Positions 50,625 to 60,886 of a stretch of 64,000 bases of DNA are shown piece by piece. Each line of letters starts with the position of its first letter. Position 1 is the first letter of the stretch. Source of the stretch: a bacterium (GTDB lineage: Bacteria; Zhuqueibacterota; Zhuqueibacteria; Residuimicrobiales; Krinioviventaceae); the NCBI GenBank assembly GCA_963674595.2, contig CAXXFV010000023.1:832001-896000 (forward strand), given 5' to 3'. Made by a program: the position numbers and the translations under genes. The notes beneath the pieces were generated by a model. The model searched no databases, had not been told where the DNA came from, and saw only the letters and a program-made list of their open reading frames with translations.

Positions 50625-51830
50625 TTATTGGGCATCCGGACCGTTTCCCCTAAGTAATATTGCGATCCCACGCTTAATTTCTGCCAGAAAGGGTTTTGGA
50701 TCCTGCCATGAAGCTACGGCAAAAGCCCTGGAATGCAGGTAGGGAGCGAAAAATTCCGACAAAGTCAACCGCTCAAGGTCTCGACGAAGTAAGCTGTAGT
50801 ACAAATCATCCAGAAAGTGAATCCAGCACCCATCCCAGTCGTTGGGGCACGGGTCTTCCAAGGAACGCCCTACCGCCTCAGACCAAGCCATATGAGCATA
50901 GTTAATTCCAGCACATAAAGCAACGCCGGCCATCAGGAAACAGCGCCCGTTAAAATCAAGCAGTGAAAACCTTCCGTCGCGGGGATCACGCTTGAATTCC
51001 AGGCTTGCGATCCCGTGCCATCCCAAGCTGTCAAGCAGCTTGCGTGCCGGCTCTTCGAATCCTGTTTCTTGAGTGGGCCGGGCCACCCGGCCCACCCCAA
51101 ACTGCGGAGGACTCTTTCGCACCTTCCGGACCCGGAATGCGCCACGGATATCACCCCGGCCATCCCGGTAACAGGTGAAATTGTAGCACTCGGAATCCGG
51201 GCCGGGAATCAGGTCCATAACCCGTGCCTTGAAGCCGTATTGATCCAGCAATCCAATTTGAATTTCGAGTTCCTTGCGGTTCTTGACCAGAACCACTTTC
51301 TTTCCAAACACAGCATGGAATCGATATCCATGACAAGGTTTGAGGAGAAGTGGGAAGGTCAGGTCCGACCTCATCAACACCCTGCGGTCTGCGGACCCGT
51401 AATCTCCAGCCACGGGAACACCAATTTCTCTTGCCAGGCTGTACAGACGGTCCTTGTCCACCACAGCTCCTACTATGGACCATTCCGGTGCGGCTACGCG
51501 GTATGTTCGCTCCAAATCCACACGATGGCGGGATAACTCTTCCAGCGCCTCATCGTTGGTGGGCATCAAAACTCTCCCCTTCCAAATATCGGCCCGATCC
51601 TCAAGAAGGGCCAGCAACCGCTCCGGTTCCGCATGGAAACGAGGCACACGCACGCTTTCCTGAACATAACGAGAGTACTGAGCCATGTCAGCGTTCCTGG
51701 TAGAAATAACTGTGGAAGGAACTCCCCGTAAGGCCAAAGCCCGAACCGTGGTTAAGGCGTTGACATAACCTCCAATAACGACTGCTCCCGGTTTGGACTC
51801 CGGGGAAGTCAGCTCAGAAGGATCTCTCAT
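50625..51830 (-). CDS. ATP-grasp carboxylate-amine ligase (D-aspartate ligase-like)
   Basis: GGYVNAL..RAL, YSRY, PTND, DK, LKP, IPGPD and EFKRDPRDG..LLDFNGR. Confidence 0.82.
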   Translation of the reverse strand: MRDPSELTSPESKPGAVVIGGYVNALTTVRALALRGVPSTVISTRNADMAQYSRYVQESVRVPRFHAEPERLLALLEDRADIWKGRVLMPTNDEALEELSRHRVDLERTYRVAAPEWSIVGAVVDKDRLYSLAREIGVPVAGDYGSADRRVLMRSDLTFPLLLKPCHGYRFHAVFGKKVVLVKNRKELEIQIGLLDQYGFKARVMDLIPGPDSECYNFTCYRDGRGDIRGAFRVRKVRKSPPQFGVGRVARPTQETGFEEPARKLLDSLGWHGIASLEFKRDPRDGRFSLLDFNGRCFLMAGVALCAGINYAHMAWSEAVGRSLEDPCPNDWDGCWIHFLDDLYYSLLRRDLERLTLSEFFAPYLHSRAFAVASWQDPKPFLAEIKRGIAILLRGNGPDAQ

Positions 51831-52050
51831 TGCAGTGATTTCTCTAATAATTTTTTGTTTTTCAAAATTATCTCTTGGTAAGCAGTTCTAAAATCCTGAT
51901 TATCAAAATCTGGCCAAGAATTCAATAAAAAATCATTCCACCATTTTCCTGCTGAGAACAGTTATAAAATCTGGATGATCTGCAATTTTATTATAAAAAC
52001 AGTTGTTCACAAAGTCTCCAATTCACAAATGGTCCCACGGCATAAGTGCG

Positions 52051-52122
52051 AATCCCTCCGGACACATCTCCGAAGCCGCCAACTACCGATCGCTGGATAG
52101 GGATTATTGGAGTGGAATTTGA
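52051..52122 (+). pseudogene. comM extreme 3'-end remnant (copy 4)
   Basis: SGHISEAANYRSLDRDYWSGI*, followed by the same downstream REP-like hairpin as comM. Confidence 0.88.
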
Positions 52123-52261
52123 AAGAAGAAATGAACGCAGAGGCGCAGGGACGCCAAGGCGCAGTAGGGAAAAACCCCTGCTGCAACTCTGCGGCATGGC
52201 GCCTCCGCGTTAAAAATGAAAAAGACATTATCAGCAATAAAACTGTTCTCTGCGCTCTCGA

Positions 52262-53095
52262 TCAATCATCATTCAGATCCATATCGGGATAATACTCATC
52301 AGCACATTCCGGACAGATGCCGTGGCTGAATTCGGCCCTCGAATACTCCCGGATATAGGATTCAACCTGGTTCCAGTAACCATTGTCATCCCGGATTTTT
52401 TTGCAGTGAGCACAGATTGGAAGCAAACCGCCCAGAGTCTTGATTTCCGCCTGCAGCCTCTCACTGATCATCAGCGTCATTCCGGTGGTAACTCCAATAA
52501 TATAAATCGGTAACCAAAAAAATAATCCTACCGTAAAAGTCCCGGACATTAAAAAGGAGCCAGAAGGCGACTGGATAAGTGTGAGCACAATGCGGACCAG
52601 GTAAAACGCGGTGTTAACCGCGTAAATGAAGCCGCTTAAGCGTTGGGCGTGTTTACCTGTGCCTTTGGTCTCCCTTAAGAGCTCATAAGAGATGGCTCCT
52701 GAACACACAATTATCGCTATGGAACAGATTATTGTGCGAGCCGCCAGTGAAGGTTGTATCTCTAAATACCAAAACAAAAAAGGGACCATGGCCAGGGGGG
52801 CTGTCAAGATTACTTTCAGCATGCTGCCGCGCCCGACAAAAAGACGCATGCCGCTCAAGGTTATGCCAAGGCCATAAATCAAAGTGGTATTGGCAAAAAT
52901 AACTGTGACAAAATCCGGCAGGATTCCTTGAAAGGAAAGCAGAATGAGCGAACCTGAGATTATAAAACCTCCGTAGGCCCAGAACAACGTTCCCTGCACC
53001 TCCGAATGCAGCTTGTATATGATAAAGATAATTACTGCCGAGCCCAGGCTGGAAAGGGCGAGCATAATTATCAGTGTCCTGATATCCAGGTCCAT
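52262..53095 (-). CDS. Multi-TM sensor-like protein with C-terminal CxxC...HGICPEC domain
   Basis: ~7 TM segments; LLPICAHCKKIRDDNGYWNQVESYI..FSHGICPEC. Confidence 0.8.
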   Translation of the reverse strand: MDLDIRTLIIMLALSSLGSAVIIFIIYKLHSEVQGTLFWAYGGFIISGSLILLSFQGILPDFVTVIFANTTLIYGLGITLSGMRLFVGRGSMLKVILTAPLAMVPFLFWYLEIQPSLAARTIICSIAIIVCSGAISYELLRETKGTGKHAQRLSGFIYAVNTAFYLVRIVLTLIQSPSGSFLMSGTFTVGLFFWLPIYIIGVTTGMTLMISERLQAEIKTLGGLLPICAHCKKIRDDNGYWNQVESYIREYSRAEFSHGICPECADEYYPDMDLNDD

Positions 53096-53222
53096 GTTTC
53101 CACCTTACTCCGTTTTTATTACAAAATACCCTGACTTCACCAAAACCATATCTACTATTTTGATTGTCGTAGTTTCATCTTCAAATACTTTTCACTCAAT
53201 TACAAATCGCCGGGCCTCTATC

Positions 53223-53789
53223 CTATCGATAATCCCCTGTTTCAAAGGCGTTTCCGATAAACCGTCCTAGACTGTAATAGGCGCGATCAGTCGCGGCAAA
53301 AAGAAACGGCTGGATTTTCCCCATGTCCGCTTCTCCATTTTCAGAAAGCTTTTTGGGATCCACCATCACATCGATAATTTCCCCTATGAACTGGGTATGG
53401 AGCCCGATCTCATGATAATGGATCAGCCTGCATTCGATTATCAGCGGGAATTCTTTCACGTAGGGAGCGTGTACTTTTTTGGAACCGATCGGCGTAAGGC
53501 CGGTCACCTGGAATTTATCCGTGTTTTTTCCGGATGCGGTGCCTATGAAATCAGCTTCCTTCAGGTACTCCAGCGAAGGTATGTTCACGGTAAAGGCCTG
53601 GGAATCGATCAAGTTTTGATAGGTATAGGTTGCTTTCCTTAGTGCTACCGAAACAGCGGGAGGAATGCTGCAGCATATCCCCGCCCAGGAAGCAGTCATT
53701 ACGTTCGGTTTATTATCCTTGTCATAAGAGCCTATGCACCATACCGGTGAAGGACATGCCAATGTTTTCGCGCCCAATGATTTCTTCAT
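53223..53789 (-). CDS. Flavin reductase-like protein (flavoredoxin family)
   Basis: PNVMTASW, FTVNIP, GTASG..DKF, IECRL and HTQFIGEI. Confidence 0.88.
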   Translation of the reverse strand: MKKSLGAKTLACPSPVWCIGSYDKDNKPNVMTASWAGICCSIPPAVSVALRKATYTYQNLIDSQAFTVNIPSLEYLKEADFIGTASGKNTDKFQVTGLTPIGSKKVHAPYVKEFPLIIECRLIHYHEIGLHTQFIGEIIDVMVDPKKLSENGEADMGKIQPFLFAATDRAYYSLGRFIGNAFETGDYR

Positions 53790-53932
53790 AAGATCTCTCC
53801 ATTTTTTGATTTAGGTCCGCTAATAATTATACTGCTCCCCTTCGGATTCGGAAGCCATCTTCCCTATCCCCATTGATATTCACTGCGCCTTGGCTCCATG
53901 GCGTAAAGCTCACAGTTCACAGGCCAAAACAC

Positions 53933-54550
53933 CTATGCCACCCCGAAATGAACAAGGGCCTCCCATAGCAGATATAACGCGAAACCGGCCAGTACGATTC
54001 CAAGAATCCGCATCATGCAGAGGTATAACTTCCCTTCCATGAAGGTCCGGAATCGGCCGACAACTAATGCAATGAGTATCTTTGAGCCTAAAAGAAAAAC
54101 ATAAAATGAGAACAGAAACAGCCAGGGCGCGACTGGATCACTCAGTCGGGCTTTCAGAATCATCGGAACGCCCACCGTGGCCCAGAAAAGATATGGATGG
54201 GGATTCAGGGCATTGACGATAGCCCCTTTCCTTATGGATTGAGGACAAGCCTCGGAAGCATCAACTTTTACCGGCCCGAGTGTCAGCGTCTCGTAAGCCA
54301 GGTAGAGAATATACAGCCCTCCCACCGAGGATATAATCCCTAGAATGATTCCCAGGGCGGACAACTTATTCAACACAAAAAACGATACCAGGACAATCGG
54401 CACGTCAGTCAACATGGGAGCAACCGCTACCTTCGCCCCTTCAAAAGTATTATGCTGGAGCGTCTGGGTTATGACTAATGTTAAAAGAGGACCAGGCGCG
54501 AAACCAGCCGACAATCCAAACATGATACCCACTAATATTGCCGACAACAA
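53933..54550 (-). CDS. LysE-family exporter
   Basis: APGP, G..YILYLA and NALNPHPYLFW; TTG start. Confidence 0.85.
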   Translation of the reverse strand: MLSAILVGIMFGLSAGFAPGPLLTLVITQTLQHNTFEGAKVAVAPMLTDVPIVLVSFFVLNKLSALGIILGIISSVGGLYILYLAYETLTLGPVKVDASEACPQSIRKGAIVNALNPHPYLFWATVGVPMILKARLSDPVAPWLFLFSFYVFLLGSKILIALVVGRFRTFMEGKLYLCMMRILGIVLAGFALYLLWEALVHFGVA

Positions 54551-55162
54551 TCTTGAGCCCTCCTACGTGCGATGAATTATACAAATTGATGAGGCCTATG
54601 TTAATAATCAACTATGATGAACTATGGAATCAAGGTAGGAGCCTAAGAATCCCGGATTACGCCATAAGCTAATGTTTTCCATGCCCCGGGACCGAGCCTG
54701 CCTGAGATGCCTCTTCAGGCAAAAAATTAGCCCAGAAGGCCCTGTGGAGGTTGTCCATGAAGCCTTATCCAGCAGGTTACAGTTCAGATACTCCAGGCAA
54801 CTCTAACTGGAAGCCCTATTTCCCAAGAACCTCCAGCACTTTAAGAGCCAGGCTCCTGAAGGTCTGTCTTCCCCCCGTTAGAGCCGATAGCCCACAAACT
54901 GCGGAACAGGTTAAAAGCATGAGACAAAACCAATTATTACTGAAAATTCGTACTTCGATACGACCACCTGTGATAGATTAACCTGATTAGTTGCCGGTGA
55001 TTAGTGAGCCAAATGCTCACGGGCAATCTTGCTTTTCGTTAGCCGCAGCCTGCGAAAATCAAGGATTAAATCAAATTGTATTGTTCGGAACCAGTCCGAA
55101 TTCCATTGAAAATATGGAATCGCGGGACATTCCTCAAGTAAAGGCTACAAAGGCGATAGTAA

Positions 55163-56782
55163 ATGGGATACCAGGATTCTTCAATTAACAGGGCAACCAT
55201 TATCCTCCTCTATCTTTTTGGAGGCTTTTACTCCTTGATCCTCACTTCAAACATACCGGAAATCCGAGCTGAATCCGCATCAGCTGATGGCGAGATCCAG
55301 CAGCTCATCGACCGCTCCACACAATTGTTTTCGGTGCAGCAGGAAACCTCTGTACAGCTCGCGAGAGAGGCAGTAGAAAAGGCGAATGAAATTGGCAATA
55401 AAGCATTGGAGGTTGACGCCTTGAATAACCTGGCCCTTTTATATTATCGCCAGAGCAAGATGGAAACCGCGGAAGCAGTGCTGCGTAACGCGATCGAAAT
55501 CGGCCAGGAAAACGGTTACATGAGAGGGGCCGGAATCGCCCTGAATCGACTGGGCAATGTCCTCTGGTTTCTTGAAAAAAGGCTGGAGGCCAAGACTTGT
55601 TTTGACCGTGCCCTTGTAATCCACTCGGACCTGGGTGACTGGAGGGAAATAAGCAGGACCAAGAACAACCTGGCCAATGCCTACCGCTACTGGGATGACT
55701 ATCCACGGGCTATTGAACTTTTTCTCGAAGCCCGGGAAGGATATCAGAAAGTGGACTACCAGGAAGGAACCGCCTGGCTCAGCTATTCACTCGGCATCCT
55801 CCACAAAAAACTGGAAGACTATGACAGCGCGCTGGAGGCAATTGAATCAGCTTTGGAAATATACACGGTTATGGCCCAGAAAGATGGCAGCTACAACGGT
55901 GTCATGATCTGCTACGGGCAGCTGGGAGACATTTACAACCTTACCGGGAAACCAGAGCTGGGTCTCGAATATCACCGTCGAGCTCTTCGGCTTCGTGAAC
56001 AGTCCGGGAACAAAGTTGCCATCGCGGATGGTATCAGCGGGGTTGCGGAATCCTTCTTTTACCTGGGAGATTTCAAGCAGGCTCTGGAATATTTCGTCCA
56101 GTCCCAGGAAATGCGTGACGCAATCGGTATCAAAGACGGCACCGCGACCAACATGAAATTCATAGGTGAAATATATCGGGATACGGGGAATTATGACCTG
56201 GCACTGGAACATTTCAATCGTGGGCTGGCCGCGGCCCGTGAGTTGAGCGACCGGGATACTGAAAGCGAAATCCTGGAGATGACGGCTGACCTCTACGCCC
56301 GGCAGGGCCGATACAAGGAAGCCTGGAATTCTTTCCAGGAACACCGGACTGCCCAGGACCAGGTGCTGAACGCGAAGATCTCAAAAAGTGTCGCGTCCCT
56401 GCAGCTTCAGCATGAAATCGAAATCCAGACGACGGAAAATGAACGCCTGCAGGGGGAAAACAGGATCAAGGACCTGCAATTGGGACGATCCCGAACTCAG
56501 TCCATACTGCTTATCGTGATCATTCTTTTCACGGTTTCAGGAGCTCTTTTCCTCTTCTACCTGCATCGGAAGCAGCTGCAGATCAAAACCCTGCAAGGCC
56601 TTATCCCTATCTGCTCCCACTGCAAAAGCGTAAGAACCGACAGTGGTTTTTATGAACAGCTGGAAACCTATATTTCAGCCCACACCGATGCCCAGTTCAG
56701 CCATGGAATCTGCCCGGATTGCTACCAGAAATACTACTCCGAAGAACTGGAAGACTCTCCTCAAACTAGAGACCTCAAGTAG
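55163..56782 (+). CDS. Periplasmic TPR sensor with TM helix and C-terminal CxxC...HGICPDC domain
   Basis: Many TPRs, TM helix, then LIPICSHCKSVR...FSHGICPDC. Confidence 0.82.
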   Translation: MGYQDSSINRATIILLYLFGGFYSLILTSNIPEIRAESASADGEIQQLIDRSTQLFSVQQETSVQLAREAVEKANEIGNKALEVDALNNLALLYYRQSKMETAEAVLRNAIEIGQENGYMRGAGIALNRLGNVLWFLEKRLEAKTCFDRALVIHSDLGDWREISRTKNNLANAYRYWDDYPRAIELFLEAREGYQKVDYQEGTAWLSYSLGILHKKLEDYDSALEAIESALEIYTVMAQKDGSYNGVMICYGQLGDIYNLTGKPELGLEYHRRALRLREQSGNKVAIADGISGVAESFFYLGDFKQALEYFVQSQEMRDAIGIKDGTATNMKFIGEIYRDTGNYDLALEHFNRGLAAARELSDRDTESEILEMTADLYARQGRYKEAWNSFQEHRTAQDQVLNAKISKSVASLQLQHEIEIQTTENERLQGENRIKDLQLGRSRTQSILLIVIILFTVSGALFLFYLHRKQLQIKTLQGLIPICSHCKSVRTDSGFYEQLETYISAHTDAQFSHGICPDCYQKYYSEELEDSPQTRDLK

Positions 56783-56918
56783 CTTCCCGGTGTCCAGTAT
56801 TTTCCGGCCTCAACTGGCAGGGCTCCCATATAAAATTAATTCACGGGCGAACTCACCGGGAGTTATCAGCTCATCAACGTTTTTTTACACTGGTGACTGG
56901 AAAAGGGAGGTTAAATCC

Positions 56919-58163
56919 ATGAAAAAGCAAGGATTGAATCGGCGCGGTTTTCTAGGCGGAGCTCTGGCGGTTTCAGCCACGATGCTGAACAACAGAAGGG
57001 TAGAGGGATCCAATGACCGGATCAGCATAGGGATAATCGGGTGCGGCAGGAGGGCACAGGACAGCCTGCTGAAAGACATACTGCTTTTCAGGGAGGATAC
57101 CAATGTAGAGGTTGTTGCCGTTTGCGACACCTGGAAAAAGATGCGCGAAGCCGCGGCCGCTCAGATCGGGGACGCAACAGGGGGGAAGCCTCAGCAATTC
57201 ACCCGTTACCAGGACCTCCTGGCCCTGGATAATGTGGACGCGGTAGTCATCGCCACCCCGGAACACCAGCACTGCACCCAGTTGATCGCCGCGGTTGAAG
57301 CCGGCAAGGATGCCTACGTGGAAAAGCCCCTGGGCATGACCATGGAGGAGATCAACCGGGCCTATGATGTTGTCACCGAACACAAGGCCATTGTCCAGAA
57401 CGGAACCCAGATCCGCAGCCTGCCTCAAGCCCTGTCCGCCCGGACATTTGTGACCGGCGGAGGCCTGGGACGCATCCTGAAGGCGGAGCAGTCGCGAAAC
57501 GGAAAGAAACCCTACTGGTATGACTATGCTTCCCGCCAGCTCAACGCCCAGGATGTCGACTGGGATGCCTTCCTGATGATGCGGGAGAAGAGGCCCTTTG
57601 ATCCCAAGCTTTACGCTGGATGGTACGGCTACCGGGAATTCTGCCTGGGGCCCCACACCACCCAGGGGCTGCACTTCGTCGACCTGGTGCATTACGTGAC
57701 CGGGGTCGGCTGTCCGAGATACGCCACGGCCCATTTTTCCCAGGTGGAATACAAGGATGGATTCACGGTTCCCGACAGTGTCGAGATGGTTCTGGAATAC
57801 CCTGAAGGCTGGAGCCTCCGCTACGGACAATTTTTCGGAAACAGCGGGGGACGCTACCTCAATATCTACGGCTCACGGGGCACCCTGGATGCCTCCGACT
57901 GGAGCTGGGACGGAGAATGGCCGCTTATCGGAAGGGACAGCGATAGCCAGGACAGGATTTCGGAAAGGACAAGGATGCCTGAGTCTGAAAGCACCCCCCA
58001 CATGAAAAACTGGCTGGAGTGCCTGCGGACGCGGAAAGAACCCAACGCCCCGATTGCAGCCGGATACGCCCACGCCGTGGCTGGGATTCTTGCAGACCTT
58101 GCTAACCGCAAAGGCCGCAAGATGAGGTTTGATGAAGTAAAACGGGAGATTCGGGAGGCGTGA
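56919..58163 (+). CDS. Tat-exported Gfo/Idh/MocA oxidoreductase
   Basis: GGGAGG RBS; NRRGFL, IIGCG, ATPEHQH and EKP. Confidence 0.9.
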   Translation: MKKQGLNRRGFLGGALAVSATMLNNRRVEGSNDRISIGIIGCGRRAQDSLLKDILLFREDTNVEVVAVCDTWKKMREAAAAQIGDATGGKPQQFTRYQDLLALDNVDAVVIATPEHQHCTQLIAAVEAGKDAYVEKPLGMTMEEINRAYDVVTEHKAIVQNGTQIRSLPQALSARTFVTGGGLGRILKAEQSRNGKKPYWYDYASRQLNAQDVDWDAFLMMREKRPFDPKLYAGWYGYREFCLGPHTTQGLHFVDLVHYVTGVGCPRYATAHFSQVEYKDGFTVPDSVEMVLEYPEGWSLRYGQFFGNSGGRYLNIYGSRGTLDASDWSWDGEWPLIGRDSDSQDRISERTRMPESESTPHMKNWLECLRTRKEPNAPIAAGYAHAVAGILADLANRKGRKMRFDEVKREIREA

Positions 58164-58194
58164 CCTGACGCCAAACCAGTCTCTCCCTCCTCAT

Positions 58195-59151
58195 TCATGA
58201 TAAAGCCCTCTTGAGGGCCTGGACAACCTCGGCATTACAGCGTTTTGACACCTCAGCTTCCGGGACCTTGACGTCAAAGGCGTGAAAAGCTCCGGGATAA
58301 ACGTGCAATTCAACAGGAATCCCGGCCTGAACCAGCCTGCGGGCAAACATGATATCTTCGTCGGCAAGCAGGTCTATATCACCTACCGCTATAAAAGCAG
58401 GGGGAAGGCCGGACAGGTCAACGGCCCGGGCGGGCGCGGCATAAATTGACACATCACCCTTACCAGGTTCCTTTCCCAGGTAGGATTTCCAGCCGAAATG
58501 GTTGTTGTGCCGGGTCCAGAAAAGCGTGTCCGGGAAACCTTCGCCCGCCTGGACGGTATTCCGGTCATCCAGCATCGGGTAAAGCAGAAGCTGATAGCAG
58601 ATTTTCAGTTCCTCGCGGTCCCGGGCCAGGAGGGCCAGTCCGGCGGCCAAACCGCCCCCGGCACTGCCCCCGCCGATCGCAATTCGTGTTTTGTCTACAC
58701 CAATTTCATCGGCCCTCTCAAACATCCATTTAAGGGCGGCATAGCAGTCCTCAAGGGGTGCCGGATAGGGATGTTCCGGGGCAAGCCGGTAATCTACCGA
58801 TACAGCGACGCATCCTATCTTCTTTACAATCTCCCCGATCCGAATATCGGCCTGTTCAGGAATGCCTGAAACGTAACCCCCGCCATGGATCCATAACAAT
58901 CCCGGAAGCGGGCCATTCCGTTCTTCAGGTCCGCAGATCCTGATCCTGACATCCGGCTCTCCCATGGGTCCGGAAATTTCAAGATCCCTGAATCTCAGCC
59001 CTTTCGGTATCGGGAGGGCTTTGGCCATCTCCCGGGTTTCCTGGTTAAACATCTTGCGAAGCCTGACTATATTATCCAGCCGAAAACTGATTTCTGGAAA
59101 AGCTTTCAAAGCCGGTTCAAGCTCGGGATCAAGATTAGCTATTTTTTTCAT
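58195..59151 (-). CDS. HSL-family esterase/lipase
   Basis: HGGG, YRLAPEH, GGSAGG and H(AF). Confidence 0.92.
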   Translation of the reverse strand: MKKIANLDPELEPALKAFPEISFRLDNIVRLRKMFNQETREMAKALPIPKGLRFRDLEISGPMGEPDVRIRICGPEERNGPLPGLLWIHGGGYVSGIPEQADIRIGEIVKKIGCVAVSVDYRLAPEHPYPAPLEDCYAALKWMFERADEIGVDKTRIAIGGGSAGGGLAAGLALLARDREELKICYQLLLYPMLDDRNTVQAGEGFPDTLFWTRHNNHFGWKSYLGKEPGKGDVSIYAAPARAVDLSGLPPAFIAVGDIDLLADEDIMFARRLVQAGIPVELHVYPGAFHAFDVKVPEAEVSKRCNAEVVQALKRALS

Positions 59152-59399
59152 CTAAATTTTCCTTTACCTGGTGTCCCAATTTCATTATGCCTTACCGGGA
59201 TAATAAGCAGCGGACCAGTTATGCTTTTATAATAATCCGGAATAGGTCAGGAATTCAGAGAATGACAGGAAATAGGTGATTAACAAAATCATTTGATAGA
59301 TAATGCCAAGGTTATTCATATTGAAGCAACGCGGCACTTAACCCGGATTTGCATTCCAGGGAATAGTTACGGCCCTGGTGAACTGAAAGAATAATTCAT

Positions 59400-60245
59400 T
59401 TGTCCCAAAAGCAGAAAGCGATAATCCTTATTTTCCTGACAGCCCTGCTCTGGAGCAGCGGCGGATTCCTCATAAAATCTGTTGATTTGAATCCCATCTC
59501 TATTGCCGGCTACCGCAGTTTGATATCAGCTGTTTTCCTGTCCCTGTTCCTGCGTGACATCACCAGGAAAAACCTGAGACACGTTATTGCCGGAGCGCTT
59601 TTCTACGCGGCCACGGTCATACTCTTTGTTGTATCAAACAAGCTTACTACAGCGGCCAACGTAATCCTGCTGCAGTACTCCGCCCCGATCTGGGCAGCCC
59701 TTATCGGGGCATGGTTCCTTAAGGAGAAAGTGAAACTGCTGGACTGGGTTTTCATTTTCACCATGATGAGCGGGATCTTTTTGTTTTTCATGGATGAACT
59801 CACATTCAATGGGAGATGGGGAAATATCCTTGCACTATTGAGCGGAGTTGGTTTCGCGGGCACTGTTATTTTCATGCGCAGGCTTAAGGATTCATCCCCC
59901 CTGCTGATGATCACCCTGGGCAACATTTTCGCGGCATTATTCTGCCTGCCCTTTTCGGTTTCCGTCACGCGGATTGGTGAACACCTGCCCCTGCTCCTGG
60001 TCCTGGGAGTATTCCAGCTGGGGCTGCCCTACATCCTCTACGGCATCGCCATTAAATCAGTGCACGCGGTTGAAGCTACCCTTATAGCGAGTATTGAGGC
60101 AATCCTGAATCCTCTCTGGGTCTTCATTCTTTTAAGTGAAAAACCGGGATTCTGGTCTATTACCGGAGGGATTATAGTCTTTACCACCGTTACGGCATAT
60201 GGGGTTCTCTCGGCGTCAAAAAAAAGCGCATCCGGATCGCCGTAA
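59400..60245 (+). CDS. DMT/EamA family transporter
   Basis: ~10 TM segments; LWS, LKE and EAILN..W..LSEKP. Confidence 0.88.
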   Translation: MSQKQKAIILIFLTALLWSSGGFLIKSVDLNPISIAGYRSLISAVFLSLFLRDITRKNLRHVIAGALFYAATVILFVVSNKLTTAANVILLQYSAPIWAALIGAWFLKEKVKLLDWVFIFTMMSGIFLFFMDELTFNGRWGNILALLSGVGFAGTVIFMRRLKDSSPLLMITLGNIFAALFCLPFSVSVTRIGEHLPLLLVLGVFQLGLPYILYGIAIKSVHAVEATLIASIEAILNPLWVFILLSEKPGFWSITGGIIVFTTVTAYGVLSASKKSASGSP

Positions 60246-60526
60246 GCGGATTATTCAAAATTCTCCCCCGCTCCCTGACTGCCGGTTTCATAGCAGCTGG
60301 AAATTTAAAAGCATCCTCCTTATTTTTGAAAGGCTGTTGGATGCCCAGGGTTTTATCTGAATAAATATTCTTAACCATTGCAAAGAATCTTCTAGGCGTG
60401 CGGCGACAGTAAAAGGCGTATTTCAAAGCAGCTGCTCAGCGTTCCCCCTGCATGGGAAAGGAAAAGACATACCGAGGCTGATCAGTTTTTTTATATCTGC
60501 CGGGCGCAATTAATCCGGCCCCACTG

Positions 60527-60730
60527 TCAGGAACCGGAACACGCGGCGCAGAGATTCCCTGTACTCAGGGTGGTTATATGGTTAGTGCAAAACCATTTGT
60601 TACATCTTGTGCATTTTCTGGAATGATCAGCACAGGCCCAGTTTCCGCATTTACTGCAGGCGTGGGCGACATTATGCTCTTCACAGATTATGCAGCGGTA
60701 CACGGTCCACTTCTCTTTTTCCTCAGACAT
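60527..60730 (-). CDS. Small Cys/His-rich putative zinc-finger protein (67 aa)
   Basis: AGGAG RBS; CIIC, CSKC, CADH, CTRC, CTNH, CAAC. Confidence 0.65.
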   Translation of the reverse strand: MSEEKEKWTVYRCIICEEHNVAHACSKCGNWACADHSRKCTRCNKWFCTNHITTLSTGNLCAACSGS

Positions 60731-60820
60731 GTCACGCTCCTGTTCAGCAGGAAATAATCCTTGGTTGACATCAACTCTCAATCTCTGGTTTTCAGGCCTC
60801 CGGCACTCCAGGGATTATGG

Positions 60821-60861
60821 TGGATGGCAGCCGGGGGAATAATGCCCCCGGCTGCCATCCA
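60821..60861. terminator. Strong hairpin downstream of oxidoreductase
   Basis: tggatggcagccggggg-aataatg-cccccggctgccatcca. Confidence 0.7.
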
Positions 60862-60886
60862 GCCTTATCCATACTTCTTAAACGGA

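Noticed and set aside
40554-52230. Classical integron, prophage or Tn7-like transposon at comM
   Set aside because: No integrase, tns or phage genes, no recognisable attC sites or Tn7 ends, and cargo genes lie in both orientations
54600-55160. ncRNA or gene in the long intergenic gap
   Set aside because: No convincing ORF or recognisable RNA motif by eye
56643-56918. N-terminal extension of the Gfo/Idh/MocA ORF
   Set aside because: It overlaps the upstream gene; the RBS and Tat signal place the start at 56919
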